A DNA stretch of 63,627 nt, the filler included, from Octopus bimaculoides (lineage: Eukaryota), in the NCBI RefSeq assembly GCF_001194135.2. It is 6 parts of 6 records of this genome, joined end to end, with 100 filler letters (N's around TTAATTAATTAA, not from the genome) between each part and the next. Parts side by side here need not be neighbours in the genome. Positions count along the whole stretch, not along the records: positions 15,361 to 32,097 come from NC_069002.1; positions 32,198 to 57,760 come from NC_068997.1; 4 more parts are not named here. One strand, given 5' to 3'. Every line of letters begins with the position of its first letter. Position 1 is the first letter of the stretch. Shown piece by piece: positions 24,763-37,539 of the stretch. The notes below the pieces were generated by a model, which worked only from the letters and a program-made list of their open reading frames with translations, was not told where the DNA came from and did not search any database. The position numbers and the translations under genes are program-made.

Positions 24763-25600
24763 TATGAGAAAGTACCCAAAAGAAACCAGAATTTTGCAAT
24801 ATTACTTTATTAATTTAGTTTGCATATTTACTTTCTTTTCGCCTTCAAAGTATTCTCCATTTGAAGCAACGCATCGGTCCAACCGCGTTTTCAAATAATC
24901 GAAGCATTGCTGGAACTGTTGCGAAGTGGTACTATTTAACGCCTCTGTCAATCTTTTCTTCACCTCTTCCACATTTGCAAATTCCGTTACATCAGCTTTC
25001 GTCGCCAGTGATGACCTTAGAAAAAGTTTCGGATCAATTTTCAACTGTGCTTTCAATTCACGACAGCCATTCAGTGGTGACTGCTTTTGATCTATGAGCA
25101 AGCGAGGCACAAATTTTGCTGCATCTTTTTTCTTTCGCAAATCCTCGCTCAAAATTCGATGGAATGAACTCCAGAACTGACCAGTGACATCAACAAGTTT
25201 GTCAGATTCGCGATGATGGCTCCCCAAGATCAGTTCATGAATTTTCATGATGTTTTCATTTGTTCGGACGCCTTGAATTACGCTGGTTTTCAAGGGACAA
25301 GTGACCATTCCTAAACCGTATAAACTATTCGTTAACTTGTGTTTTGCTCATGGAACCGTCCTTGTAATTTGCTAGAAGCATGGCAACTGTTTCAGCGATC
25401 ATAAATATCGAGGAACAGGGGAGAATCACTGCAAAGCAAAGATGCACCAAGTGACAGAAGACAACGCGTGTTGGCATACTGATGCCTGAGGGTCGCATCA
25501 TGTTACTTCTAGCGGTGGAAACCAGAATAACACAGGGTTTGTCCATTAGAGAAGTTTAGTGGCAATTGAATTCTTTGTTTTATTTCGTGTATAGAAGCCT
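24763..25600 (-). mobile_element. Mariner transposon, internally deleted, with a TIR at the left end
   Basis: TA-TGAGAAAGTACCCAAAAGAAACCAGAATT terminus; N-terminal ETVAML..SMSKTQV, KFVPRLL, ITGDES fused to FANVEEVKK..LDRCVASNGEYFEG. Confidence 0.9.
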
Positions 25601-25614
25601 TCGTTATTTTATAT

Positions 25615-25643
25615 ATATGTGTGTGTGTAGAGAGAGAGAGAGG

Positions 25644-25676
<33 letters not shown>

Positions 25677-25852
25677 CTGTATATATCTATATGGTTGGGT
25701 GTATATACATATGTATGCATATATATGATAAACAAAGATGCGTGCGTGTGTGTGTATGTGTATGCGTGCGTGTGTGTGTGCGTGTGTGTGTTTGTGTGTT
25801 TGTGTGTGTGTGTGTGTGTATGTGCGTGTGTGTGTGTGCGCGCGCGCGTGTG
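25615..25852. repeat. (GA)n/(GT)n/(GC)n dinucleotide tract
   Basis: Direct inspection. Confidence 0.9.
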
Positions 25853-27952
25853 ATAATAATCTGTTATTCCATAACCGCAGTTATTTCAGTTTTCTGAATA
25901 TACAAAACATATGAAGCATTGTAGTTCCAAAGCAATTGTTCACCTTTCACTCTTTCTCTTTACATACTTTACAAAGATCAATCAAAATGACCAAATAATT
26001 CTAATATTGGAGTATTTTAACAGTTATTTGCTTAACAGAATGAGTTCTTACATTTTCTTTCTCACTTCTATTTCCAGAGTTGAATGAAATCATGTAGGTG
26101 AAGCTTTCAACTCGGAAATATTTCATAAAATGTGTTATAAAAAATAAAAATAGGCCATCAGAATAAAATGAAATTAGTTTAAAAATATAAATAGATTTAC
26201 AAACAGAGATTAGAAAAATATCACTTCTAGAATTGTTTTTGTGTGATATTTTCCTTTAAACCATCTCATTCACTCACAATGTTAAATTTGGTACATTAGC
26301 ATAATATGAAAGCTAAAATTACAAATTCCTTTCTCTATCGGAATATTCTGTGAAGAATATATGAATAAGGATTTCTTTCCTACAGCCAAGACATTAATTG
26401 TCTACAGCGAACATGAATAAGCGGAACCTCGATGATTAGAATCCAAAATTATGGAATGAACGTTCATTCTGTGACAAATATAATTGGAAAATATATAAAT
26501 ATACATGCAAACAAACAAAAATACCTAAAGAACATTATTTAAAATATCAGCAAGAAGGTCGGCGGCCGCCGCCGCAGCAGCAGCAACAGCGTCTGAAAAA
26601 TTAATTTAAATTATTTTTTACATAGCTATAAATTTACCATAAAGCAATAAAAATAGCTCGTGGGATTTAAAGTGTACGAATTCAATTTTTTTTTTTTTTG
26701 TACAATCTTTTACCATTAATAGCAATTTCCAAAATTTCAGAAAGAAAAAACAATGTTTGCTAGAACCATTCATTTTGAAAGTAAAACTGACCGGTAAACA
26801 ATCTCATTTAATCAAAGCGAAACAATTGTTACATTAGCATCGTTCTTGAAGTTTTTGCGTTCTTTCTTTTGACAGATTTCACTTGACAACTTTGTAAGTT
26901 GTAAAAAGAGTTTATGTCATTTGGCAATTTCATATAGAAACAAGTGAAGCGTGAATCTATCAGTGCCAAAGAGAAGTGGTAAAGTACGGCAATATTTAAT
27001 ATACACCATGATTAACTGAAATTACTGAAGCAGTAAGTGGAAAAGAATTAAACGTTAGACTCGATAAGATGCAAGTATATAATGGTTGACTTTCAGTAGA
27101 ATGTCTGGAAACAGAGAGGTTTAATAAAAACATGAATAATTTATACTATTACGCACATAGATATTTATATGACTGTATATATATATGGCTACAAGTAAAC
27201 GCAAAAACACACAAATGTAACTATACACATACGCGTATATGTACACGCGCGTGGGTGTTTGTGTGTGTACACGTGCGTCTCTATATATGTGTGTGTGTGT
27301 GTGTGTGTGTGACGGGGTGGGGGATGGATGTGTACGTAAATCTCGAACGATGAGAATAATTGCTCAAAACCTCATTTGCCTATTAAGGTTAACACCGGTT
27401 TCATACATACATGTGTATATATATATATATATATATATATNNNNNNNNNNNNNNNNNNNNNNNNNNNNNNNNNNNNNNNNNNNNNNNNNNNNNNNNNNNN
27501 NNNNNNNNNNNNNNNNNNNNNNNNNNNNNNNNNNNNNNNNNNNNNNNNNNNNNNNNNNNNNNNNNNNNNNNNNNNNNNNNNNNNNNNNNNNNNNNNNNNN
27601 NNNNNNNNNNNNNNNNNNNNNNNNNNNNNNNNNNNNNNNNNNNNNNNNNNNNNNNNNNNNNNNNNNNNNNNNNNNNNNNNNNNNNNNNNNNNNNNNNNNN
27701 NNNNNNNNNNNNNNNNNNNNNNNNNNNNNNNNNNNNNNNNNNNNNNNNNNNNNNNNNNNNNNNNNNNNNNNNNNNNNNNNNNNNNNNNNNNNNNNNNNNN
27801 NNNNNNNNNNNNNNNNNNNNNNNNNNNNNNNNNNNNNNNNNNNNNNNNNNNNNNNNNNNNNNNNNNNNNNNNNNNNNNNNNNNNNNNNNNNNNNNNNNNN
27901 NNNNNNNNNNNNNNNNNNNNNNNNNNNNNNNNNNNNNNNNNNNNNNNNNNNN

Positions 27953-27997
<45 letters not shown>

Positions 27998-28044
27998 GTG
28001 TGTGTGCGTGTGTGTGTGCGTGTGTGTGTGTATGTTTGTGTGTC

Positions 28045-28250
28045 TGTGTTTGTCCCCCCAACAACATCGGTTGACAACCGATGGTGGTGTGTTTACGTCC
28101 CCCGTAACTTAGCGGTTCGGCAAGACAGACCGATAGAATAAGTACTAGACTTCCAAATAATAAGTCATGGGGTCGATATGCTCGACTAAAGGCGGTGCTT
28201 CAGCATGGCCGCAGTCAAATGACTGAAACAAGTAAGAGAGTAAAGAGTAA
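28045..28250 (+). mobile_element. SINE family S4 copy, CpGs intact
   Basis: Shared S4 motifs. Confidence 0.88.
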
Positions 28251-28517
28251 AAGATATATATATATATATACATATATGTATGTATAAATATATATATACA
28301 CTTTGAAATGGATGCGTGGCTTTCGATCATTTAATAATATAAATGATATATAAATATATGCATATATACATACACGTATATACATACCTACATATCAATG
28401 TATATATATACATGCATGTATTGGTACAGGACATCAAAAAACGTAAACAAAATGAGAAATGCGAACATAAAAACAAAGACAAAAAACGAACTATTTTCGA
28501 ACAACGAAAGAAACAAA

Positions 28518-28571
28518 CAGATAGCAGTACTTGTAACTCACGCCTTTGTGAGTTACAAGTACTGCTATCTG
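28518..28571. repeat. Perfect 24-bp inverted repeat with a 6-nt loop
   Basis: cagatagcagtacttgtaactcac-gccttt-gtgagttacaagtactgctatctg. Confidence 0.97.
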
Positions 28572-29254
28572 CTGGAGTTTTAGCATTTTAGCTGCTATTT
28601 CTGAACTTCGGTATGCGGTGAAGCAACTGTTGCTGATCCGTTAACTATGCTTATAAATTTATAAGAACTTTTAAATAAGTTCTTCACCGATAATAGTGTT
28701 TACATACCGAAGTATGCTTGGTAAAAATTATTAATTATTAATTTATTAATAAATTAGTATTCCTTTACCCCTTTATTTGTAATAATTATTCACTCCCGGA
28801 TAGTATTCGCTTGTGACGCACATGGTAATTCTTGGGGAGAGATGATGATCTGACGGGCTAATGTAGGTTCGGAGGTTCTGGTAATATGCATAATTGCCTG
28901 CATCTTCAGACCTGCAACCTAGAATATCATACTGATGGCGGAAATGAAGGTGTTTACCATTCTAAGCCAGAAACGCGTCTATGATTAACTAAGACTGGTT
29001 AGTTTCGTTGTTTTTCTTCTTGTTTTGCCTTTGTGAGTCACAAGTATTGCTATCTGTTTGGAGCTTTAGCATTTTAGCTGCTATTTCTGAACTTCGGTAT
29101 GTGGTGAAGCAACTGTTGCTGATCCCTTAACTATGTTTATAAATTTATAAGAACTTTTAAATAAGTTCTTCACCGATAATGGTGTTTACCAACCGAAGTG
29201 CTTGGTAAAAATTATTAATTATTAATTTATTAATAAATTAATATTCCTTTACCC
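28542..29254 (+). mobile_element. Tandem 485-bp structured monomer containing a hammerhead motif (retrozyme or Penelope pLTR-like)
   Basis: Unit starts gcctttgtgag at 28542 and again at 29027; the second copy runs into a gap; hammerhead motif at 28926-28985. Confidence 0.65.
28926..28985 (+). ncRNA. Minimal type I hammerhead ribozyme, imperfect core
   Basis: atcata-CTGATG-gc...gcca-GAAAC-gc-GTC-tatgat: 6-bp stem I, palindromic ACGCGT stem III, GUC cleavage triplet. Confidence 0.7.
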
Positions 29255-29902
29255 TNNNNNNNNNNNNNNNNNNNNNNNNNNNNNNNNNNNNNNNNNNNNN
29301 NNNNNNNNNNNNNNNNNNNNNNNNNNNNNNNNNNNNNNNNNNNNNNNNNNNNNNNNNNNNNNNNNNNNNNNNNNNNNNNNNNNNNNNNNNNNNNNNNNNN
29401 NNNNNNNNNNNNNNNNNNNNNNNNNNNNNNNNNNNNNNNNNNNNNNNNNNNNNNNNNNNNNNNNNNNNNNNNNNNNNNNNNNNNNNNNNNNNNNNNNNNN
29501 NNNNNNNNNNNNNNNNNNNNNNNNNNNNNNNNNNNNNNNNNNNNNNNNNNNNNNNNNNNNNNNNNNNNNNNNNNNNNNNNNNNNNNNNNNNNNNNNNNNN
29601 NNNNNNNNNNNNNNNNNNNNNNNNNNNNNNNNNNNNNNNNNNNNNNNNNNNNNNNNNNNNNNNNNNNNNNNNNNNNNNNNNNNNNNNNNNNNNNNNNNNN
29701 NNNNNNNNNNNNNNNNNNNNNNNNNNNNNNNNNNNNNNNNNNNNNNNNNNNNNNNNNNNNNNNNNNNNNNNNNNNNNNNNNNNNNNNNNNNNNNNNNNNN
29801 NNNNNNNNNNNNNNNNNNNNNNNNNNNNNNNNNNNNNNNNNNNNTCAGCTGGGAGCCTCGTCGTCGTAACATAGGGAATGCTCTCCAGAGAGACAAATGG
29901 TG

Positions 29903-30210
29903 AGGGCGCGTGGCTTAGTGGTTAGGGCATTTGGGTCACGATCGTAAGGTCGCGAGCTCAATTCCCGGCGCCGCATTGTGTCCTTGAGCAAGACACTTTA
30001 TTTCACGTTGCTCCAGTCCACTCAGCTGGTAAAAATGAGTAGCACCTGTATTTCAAAGGGCCTGCCTTGTCACACTCTGTGTCACGCTGAATCTCCCTGA
30101 GAACTACGTTAGGGGTACACGTGTCTGTGGATTGCTCAGTCACTTGCACGTTAATTTCACGAGCAGGCTGTTCCGTTGATCGTATCAGCTGGGAGCCTCG
30201 TCGTCGTAAC
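29903..30210 (+). mobile_element. tRNA-derived SINE family S1, near full length
   Basis: A-box tggcttagtggttagg, B-box-like gagctcaattcc, S1 tail. Confidence 0.9.
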
Positions 30211-30237
30211 ATAGGGAATGCTCTCCAGAGAGACAAA

Positions 30238-30490
30238 TGAAAAACAGGACAAGTAACATAAAGAATGACCCATCGTCAGTTGTTAGCTGTCTATCTACTC
30301 CTCATTTCGAGCATTGAACGATAATATCAATCTTCGATGACAGTTGCTCCCATACAATTTTGGACTTATGAAGGCTCAAAGTTGGGAACAAAGACAGGAC
30401 AGCGGAGACAAACAAGGAAAACGAACGAAAACAAACATGGAGGGTTGCTAGAGCTGAACGAGGGTAATAATATCGAACGTTGGAGAAATA
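30238..30490 (-). repeat. Arm of a ~255-bp diverged inverted repeat (partner 30910-31173)
   Basis: Reverse complement aligns with 30910-31173 (gttcccaactttga, gcaactgtc, tcgttcaatgctc, aactgacga). Confidence 0.85.
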
Positions 30491-30909
30491 TATGTATGTA
30501 TGTAGTGGAGGCGCGGTTTCGATTCCCAGACCGGTCGTTGTGAGTGTTTATTGAGCGAAAACACCTAAAGCTCCACGAGGCTCCGGCAGGGCATGGTGGC
30601 GAACCCTGCTGTGCTCTTTCACGACAACTTTCTCTCACTCTTACTTCCTGTTTCTGTTGTGCCTGTAATTCAAAGGGTCACGCTGAATATCTCCGAGAAC
30701 TACGTTAAGGATACACAGTTTTCTGTCTTTCTGTCTCTTTCTTTCTTTCTCTCTCCCTCCCTCCCTCTCCGTTTCTCTCTCTCGTTGCTCACACGTGGCC
30801 ATCGTCCATTTTTCTCTTCCTCATGTGATCATCTCTCATTTCTTTCACGATACTCGTAAGGACAGCAATTTTCCTATCTCTCTCATATCTATTCTCTTGT
30901 CAAAGGAAA

Positions 30910-31173
30910 TATTTCTCTAGCGTTCGCTACTTTTACCCCTGTTCTGGTCTAGCGACCTTCCATGTTTATTTTTGTTCGGTTTCCTTGTTAGTCTCCACTG
31001 TCCAGCTCTTGTTCCCAACTTTGACCCTCCATAATTCCCAAATTTTAATTTGCTACGTATGGGTGCAACTGTCTTCGAAGACTCATATTGTCGTTCAATG
31101 CTCCAGATTGGGCGTAAATAGAGAGCCGATAACTGACGAATCTTAGTTTTTTATGTTACTTCTCTTGTTTTCC
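30910..31173 (+). repeat. Partner arm of the inverted repeat
   Basis: See 30238-30490. Confidence 0.85.
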
Positions 31174-31394
31174 ATATATATTATACATTGCTTCAGTCAT
31201 TTGACTGCGGCCATGCTGAAGCACCACCTTGAAGGGTTTAGTCGGACAAATCGACCCCAAAGTCTAGTACTTATATCGGCTATTTCGTTTAACCACTAGG
31301 TTACGGAGACATAAACACACCGAGACCAGTAGTGCGTGGACACACCCAGACACAAAGACACACAAACATAGATATATACATATATATATAAATA

Positions 31395-31735
31395 TCCGAC
31401 AGGCTTCTTTCAGTTTCCATCTACCACATCCTCTTACACGGCTTTCGTCGCCCCGAGACTATAACTGAAGATATAAAGTGTCAGTCAGTGAATGTGAACC
31501 TGCAACCATGTGGTTGGAGAGCCAGTTTCTTACCACATAAACACACCTGCGCCTATATACATACATTATATATATATAGGTAGCTGTGTGGTGAGAAGGT
31601 TGCTCCCAACCACATGGTTCTCGGTTCAGTCCAATTACTAAGTACCTTGGCAAAATATATCCCACTATAGCCTCGGACCGACTAAAGTCTTGTGGTTGGA
31701 TTTGGTATAGGGAAAGAGAAAGAAACCTGTCGAAT
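31395..31735. mobile_element. Head-to-head inverted pair of S3 SINEs
   Basis: 31395-31550 on minus and 31580-31735 on plus, separated by a ~30-nt TA-rich spacer. Confidence 0.8.
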
Positions 31736-33734
31736 ATGTATGTATGTGCGTAACAACAACAATACCAACGATAACCACAGCAACAACAACATGGATGAAA
31801 ACAATCACGACAACAACAATACCAACAATAACCACAGCAGCAGCAACAACAACGGCCGTAGCAACAAAAACAACTGCAACCCCATGAACACCAACAGCAA
31901 CAACAACAACAGCAAAAACGAACACATGAGGACAAGCAATAGAAACAAAAACAATAACAGAGAAAAAATCGAATACAACAACAACAATAACAGGGAGAAC
32001 GGACAAACAGACACAGATAACCATAGGCACAAGAACACAGACAAAGGTAAGGCCATGGGGGTCAAGAGGGAGAATAAAGTTGAATGCAACAGAATTCNNN
32101 NNNNNNNNNNNNNNNNNNNNNNNNNNNNNNNNNNNNNNNNNTTAATTAATTAANNNNNNNNNNNNNNNNNNNNNNNNNNNNNNNNNNNNNNNNNNNNGTT
32201 CGAACTGTGTTAATTTAGGTTAGCGTAAAATCAATATTACTTAAGATATTAGTATTTATTTCATTTAAAGTGAAAGCTAATATTTCAAAATAATAATGAT
32301 GAATAAAGATAATAAAGGGTAAACCGAAAGGAATATTGTTTATATTGAAAAAAAGGTGTATGTGTGCGTGGGGAGATACAAAAGTGAAAAAGAAAAATTT
32401 AAAACGTGGTTACTTTAAAAGCTTGATATGTGCTAGAAAAATTTGTCCACAAGTCAGCGATGGGGTGTCCACGGGGTCGAAATAGCAGCCAAATAATCAC
32501 TCTTCCATTAATGAGTGAGAAAAAAAAAACAACAACAAAAAGAAAAGATGACGCACGCATCGGCTGTTCTAGGTTTAATATATCTGGAAAAAGATGGGAT
32601 AGTCACAGTTAGAATGTCAAAGCTGACGTGGAGCTCAACCACAACAAAAAATGTTATTTTTTTTACTCTTAAAATTTTGACTGCTATTCTAACATGAGTT
32701 ATGTTTTCTTTAATTCTCCTTCCTCGGTTTATGGCAAGACACACACAGATATTAGATATGACAGAGATTCTTTTATGTAAGCATTTAATGCCGTGTAATA
32801 TTATGTAAGAAGCATACCAACATGAGAAAGCATACATACGTATGTACGTTCATCTGTGTTCAGTGAAGTTATAGCGTCACCATCCTCTCTCCCCTGCACC
32901 CTTGCTTGCAACAAAGAAAGCACCAAAAACGCCCACAGACATATACATTACAGAATAGTTCCGAGACGGTATCATTATGTATCTTAAGAATTATCATTAA
33001 AGATGAATTATATTGTTTTTCATTGTGTATTGAGAGAGAGAGAGAGGGATGTGTGTATTATGTAATATACAGATGTATGCGTGTATGCTCATTTACGTTC
33101 TTCGGAAAAAAAAAAAAATTTGTTTCATTATTTTGCGGTCATTTATAGATATAGTTATATAGTTCTTAAATATGGTATCAGGGGAAATTATATTGTATAT
33201 AAACAGCGTGCTATCATAAAAGCAGAAATAATATATCACTTAAAAGTCTGTCGGTGGATATTCCGATAAAAAACAACAAACAAAAAGACATGAAATAGAT
33301 CAACCGCAAAGATTAGGATAACAGCGGCTAACAAAACTATTGATCTCTCTCGATAAATTGTCTAAAATAAAATAGAATAAAATAACGATGATGACGATAA
33401 TAATAATAATAATGAAAATTATACTTCGAAGTCTCTCATATTTCAGCTATTGTTTTAGTAGATATTCCACCCTACCCCACTCGCAGCCAATATTTGCGAT
33501 AAAGCTATCATCGTAGAATTTTCATTGAAGTTATGTGTATTCGAAACAGTTTTGGGTAGGTCGAGGTGGATGGTTCCATTTGTTGGTCATTGTTGTAATG
33601 GTTAAGATCCCGGTTTCGAGTCTCCGTCTCCCTACTTCTCTCTCTCTCTCTCTCTCTCTCTAGCTGAATTAGACACTGTTAGACCCAAGTATGAGATGAT
33701 TAGCATTTCATAATATTCTCCCCTCCACACACTC

Positions 33735-33908
33735 CAGAGCCGTCTTAGCAGTAATAATAACAAAAGCCCCCGGATAAATTAATGCACTGGGTTCTTTGAT
33801 GTTAGATCTTGATAACAAGCCATAGCATACTTAGATCATAACTGGACCCTTACACCAGTGGGGGGCCCGAGCAACAACCCAGTGTGCTCATGCTTTAAGA
33901 TGGCACTG
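33735..33908. mobile_element. hAT-type MITE
   Basis: Imperfect TIRs cagagccgtcttagca / cagtgccatcttaaagca (reverse complement); internal gggggccc motif; no clear 8-bp TSD. Confidence 0.65.
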
Positions 33909-34394
33909 CCCCATGCAGCCACACACGCACCTGCACCTGCTCGAAAACTCAGAGCTGAATGTTTTATCAAAACATTTGGAAAGATAAATATCAAAATATC
34001 AATTCTGTTAGAGTTATCTCCCTTCTCAATAAATTGTCATTGATTTTGATGGCTTTTTCTGAAATTATAAACTAAACCAAGTGCGATTGTATTTATTTAT
34101 ATATTTATCAATTTTATTCACTTATTGTTTATTTTGTATATATCATTTATATATACAATTTTATTATCACTTAATAGAATTTTTATTATCGTAATTCACC
34201 GAACTCGACAATTAAACTTATGAACGTCACTAAATTCACCTACTTGAAAACTAAATTTCTATATAATAACGTTTATGTAAATATATTTTCAAAACTATCT
34301 GAACAAACGAAATATATTTATTTTAAATTTAATGATAAAAATGATTTTTCTATATAATATTTTTTTTGTAATATCCCACTTTTGTAATTTTATA

Positions 34395-34439
<45 letters not shown>

Positions 34440-34729
34440 CTAATATCTGTTGTTTTGGCTTTTATTCTGATGCAGCTTGCATTTGTGTTATTCATGTAGC
34501 GAATAACGAAATTGTTATATAATTTGAATACCAGGAACGTTATTGTTGTGAACGACTGGCAACGTTTAGTTACGTCCCTTTATATTCTGAGTTCAAACCG
34601 TGCTGGTGTCTTTCCTTGTGTCATCCATCCTCCTGGAGTCCATAAAATAGGTGCTTGCCAAATACAGTGGTCGATCGGAAGGATTCGGGTGGATGAGGGT
34701 AGGGGGTTAAGAAGCTCACTTTATAAACA

Positions 34730-35053
34730 CGTGTTTTCGGGTTCAGTTCCATTGCCAGGCACAACTATAGCCCCGGGCCGACCAATGCCTTTGTGAGTGA
34801 ATTTGGTAGACGGAAACTGTATGGAAGCGGTGAGCTGGCAGAAACGTTAGCACGCCGGGAAAAATGTTTAGCGGTATTTCGTCTGCCGTTACGTTCTGAG
34901 TTCAAGTTCCGCCGAGGTCGACTTTACCTTTCATCCTTTCGGGGGTTGATAAATTAAGTACCAGTTACGCACTGGAGTCGATGTAATCGACTTAATCACT
35001 TTGTCTGTCCTTGTTTGTCCCCTCTATGTTTAGCCCCTTGTGGGCAATAAAGA
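34730..35053 (+). mobile_element. S3 fragment followed by a near full-length S2 SINE, CpGs intact
   Basis: gagctggcagaaacgttagcacgccggg...gtcgatgtaatcgactt...gcaataaaga. Confidence 0.88.
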
Positions 35054-36534
35054 CATTGGAAACAGTATGGAAACTGTGTGTGCGCGCACGCGCCCGTGTG
35101 TATGTCATTGTGTTTGTATTCCTCACGTCCCCGTAACTTACCTGTTCGAGAAAAGTTCATATTCTACTAAAGTTGACTTTGCCTTTCGTTTCTTTGGGGT
35201 CGATACAGTAAGTACCAGTTGACCACTTGGGTCCAAATAATCGACTTAACTCCTCCCTATTAAAATTGCTGGTCTTGTGCTAAAGTCTGGAACCAATATT
35301 TCTCTGTGGCCGGACATTCTTTCTGCAGAATATGGGAAAAAATGATTTTCATTTACAACAATCATAACATGTTAAGAAAATGAGACACACATGCATGCAT
35401 ACACACACACACACACATATATACACACACACACACACACACATGCACACGCACATATATACACACACACACACACACACACGCATCTGACAAATCCATT
35501 CGCAAGACTTTGGTCAGGCCAGATCTCTTCAGTTTCGTTCACAGATTTTTTAAATTATTTTTTTTTAACTAAACAGTTTGAAACATCGTATACTGGTGTA
35601 ATTTCTCACACTGAACACGGTTTAATTTCAACATTTTTGACAAAATTTCGTATTTTAGAAGTTATTTCATGTTAAAGTTGTTGTATTTGAGTAATTTCAA
35701 CCAATCAATGACATGTATTCAGCTAAAGAAGGTTACTGCTGTTTGCAATAGTAATCGAAGAGGAACAACTCTCCCCCACAATTTCAGGGTTTGTGTCTAT
35801 AGTAGAAAGAATTATTACTATCATCAAAGATGCAAATTAATGATTGAATAGAAATTGCACAGCATTAGATTAATTGCATGAACACCTTAAGTTTTTTGCC
35901 CTATTCTTTATGTTCTGGATTTAAAACCGACCAAGATTGATTTCTGCTACTTTCACTCTGAACTAGCCAATGGTTCTGGAGTCACTTTATTTGACTGTAC
36001 TTTTGTGTTTATATTAAAATTTATTATTACCATTGTTGAAGATTGTTGCATTGACCAGTATCATACTCAAAGCTATAATACTTGTTTATTGCCCACTAAA
36101 ACTTCTGTTTGCTTGGATAGTTATTTTCTTTTTACTCCTTTTAAACCTTGCAGCATTCAGATTACTCTGCCAAGCATAATGCTTATTTATTCATTTTGTT
36201 TTGAAATAATTGTGCATTATCTTGTAACTTTGAGATATCAAGGATGTGGCCATTAGAGATCGAACCTGGATGGTTTTCACTTAAAACAGGTAGAATATTT
36301 GGGCCAAATATGGTCAGAGTAAATGCCTGAAGGGTTAATTTGTAGTTAGGCCTTCAAAAGTGGGAAACGTGATGAAGCAGACTATTTCAATTTTTAGAAT
36401 ATAAAAGTGTTGCAAATGAAAGCTTGTAGGTGACTCAGTTGGCTTAAAGTTTTATACATGTATAAAAAACTAAAAAAGCTATGGGGAAAGAAGTCAGACT
36501 CAATAACATAAATTATTATTTTTTCATGTGCTCT

Positions 36535-36750
36535 CTTAAAGCCTAGCCTGGCTCATGGGCCCGGTTTCCCGGTTTCTATGGCGTATGTGTTCCCCTCAGC
36601 TGGATGGGACGCCAGTCCACCGCAGCGTTACTCAAGAAAGTGAGAAAAAGTTGGGGTGAAAGAGTACAACAGGGTGTGACCTCCAGCCTTGCCAGTTCCT
36701 GTTAGACTGTCCAACTCATGCCAGCATGGGAAAACAGATGTTAAATAATT
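36535..36750. mobile_element. SINE fragments, one with a V-SINE-like core
   Basis: ctggatgggacgccagtccaccgcagcgttactc resembles the V-SINE domain; followed by S5 tail pieces. Confidence 0.5.
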
Positions 36751-37539
36751 ATGATGATAGTGAAAGTGGCATCCAGCATCACAAACACTCAGCTCCTGCG
36801 TTATGGATCTTCACAAAAGTGGGAACTGTTTTTCTCTGTTTTTCTCAAACCTGCCGACTTATGAACTGATCGATCGAACAGGAAGATGCATTGTGGGAAG
36901 ATGCATTGCAGAAGCAAACAAGGTGTCTCCAAGGATTGCTCTCGATATATATAAAGCTGTGCTGGACAGGTTATGAGATACCAGAGTCGCTTTGATTTAT
37001 GAGGGATGGACCATTATGATGATGACAGTGGTGGTGGTGGTAGGTGTGGTGGCAGTAGCAGTGGCATGGTGGTGGCGGCGGTGGTGGCAGTGAGAGATGT
37101 CATAACACAGATTCCATACCAGATATAAGAACTTTGAGTAAAGTATTTTTTTTGTTTTTCAAATGGGCAAGATAATGAAAAAGACTATTCTTTTGGAATA
37201 GGAAAATATTTCAAATGAAAGATGTTGGTTGTCAAGTCACACGTTAACAATACGAATGTGGGTGTATGTTGGTAATATCTGTCACTTGTAATATTTTTTC
37301 ATAGTCTGTCAGCAGGAAAAAAAAAAAGAAAGAAAAAAAGAAAGAAAAAAAACCCCCAACTCTCCCCCCCCCTCCACCTCCCGGAGTGGTGATGGGGAAT
37401 GTGTGCTTATTTTATTTTTTGAGTCAAAACTGTATTTGCTGCTGTTGTTGTTGTTGTCAGCTGTGATTGAGCAGACTGATGATCAAAGGTGTTTCAACCA
37501 TGCCAATCAAATGATTTCATTTGGGAACAGCAAGCATGG

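Noticed and set aside
29845-30237. Identical ~54-bp sequence before and after a SINE, resembling a long TSD
   Set aside because: It includes the SINE's own tail and starts at a gap edge, so it is a tandem duplication or misassembly, not a TSD.
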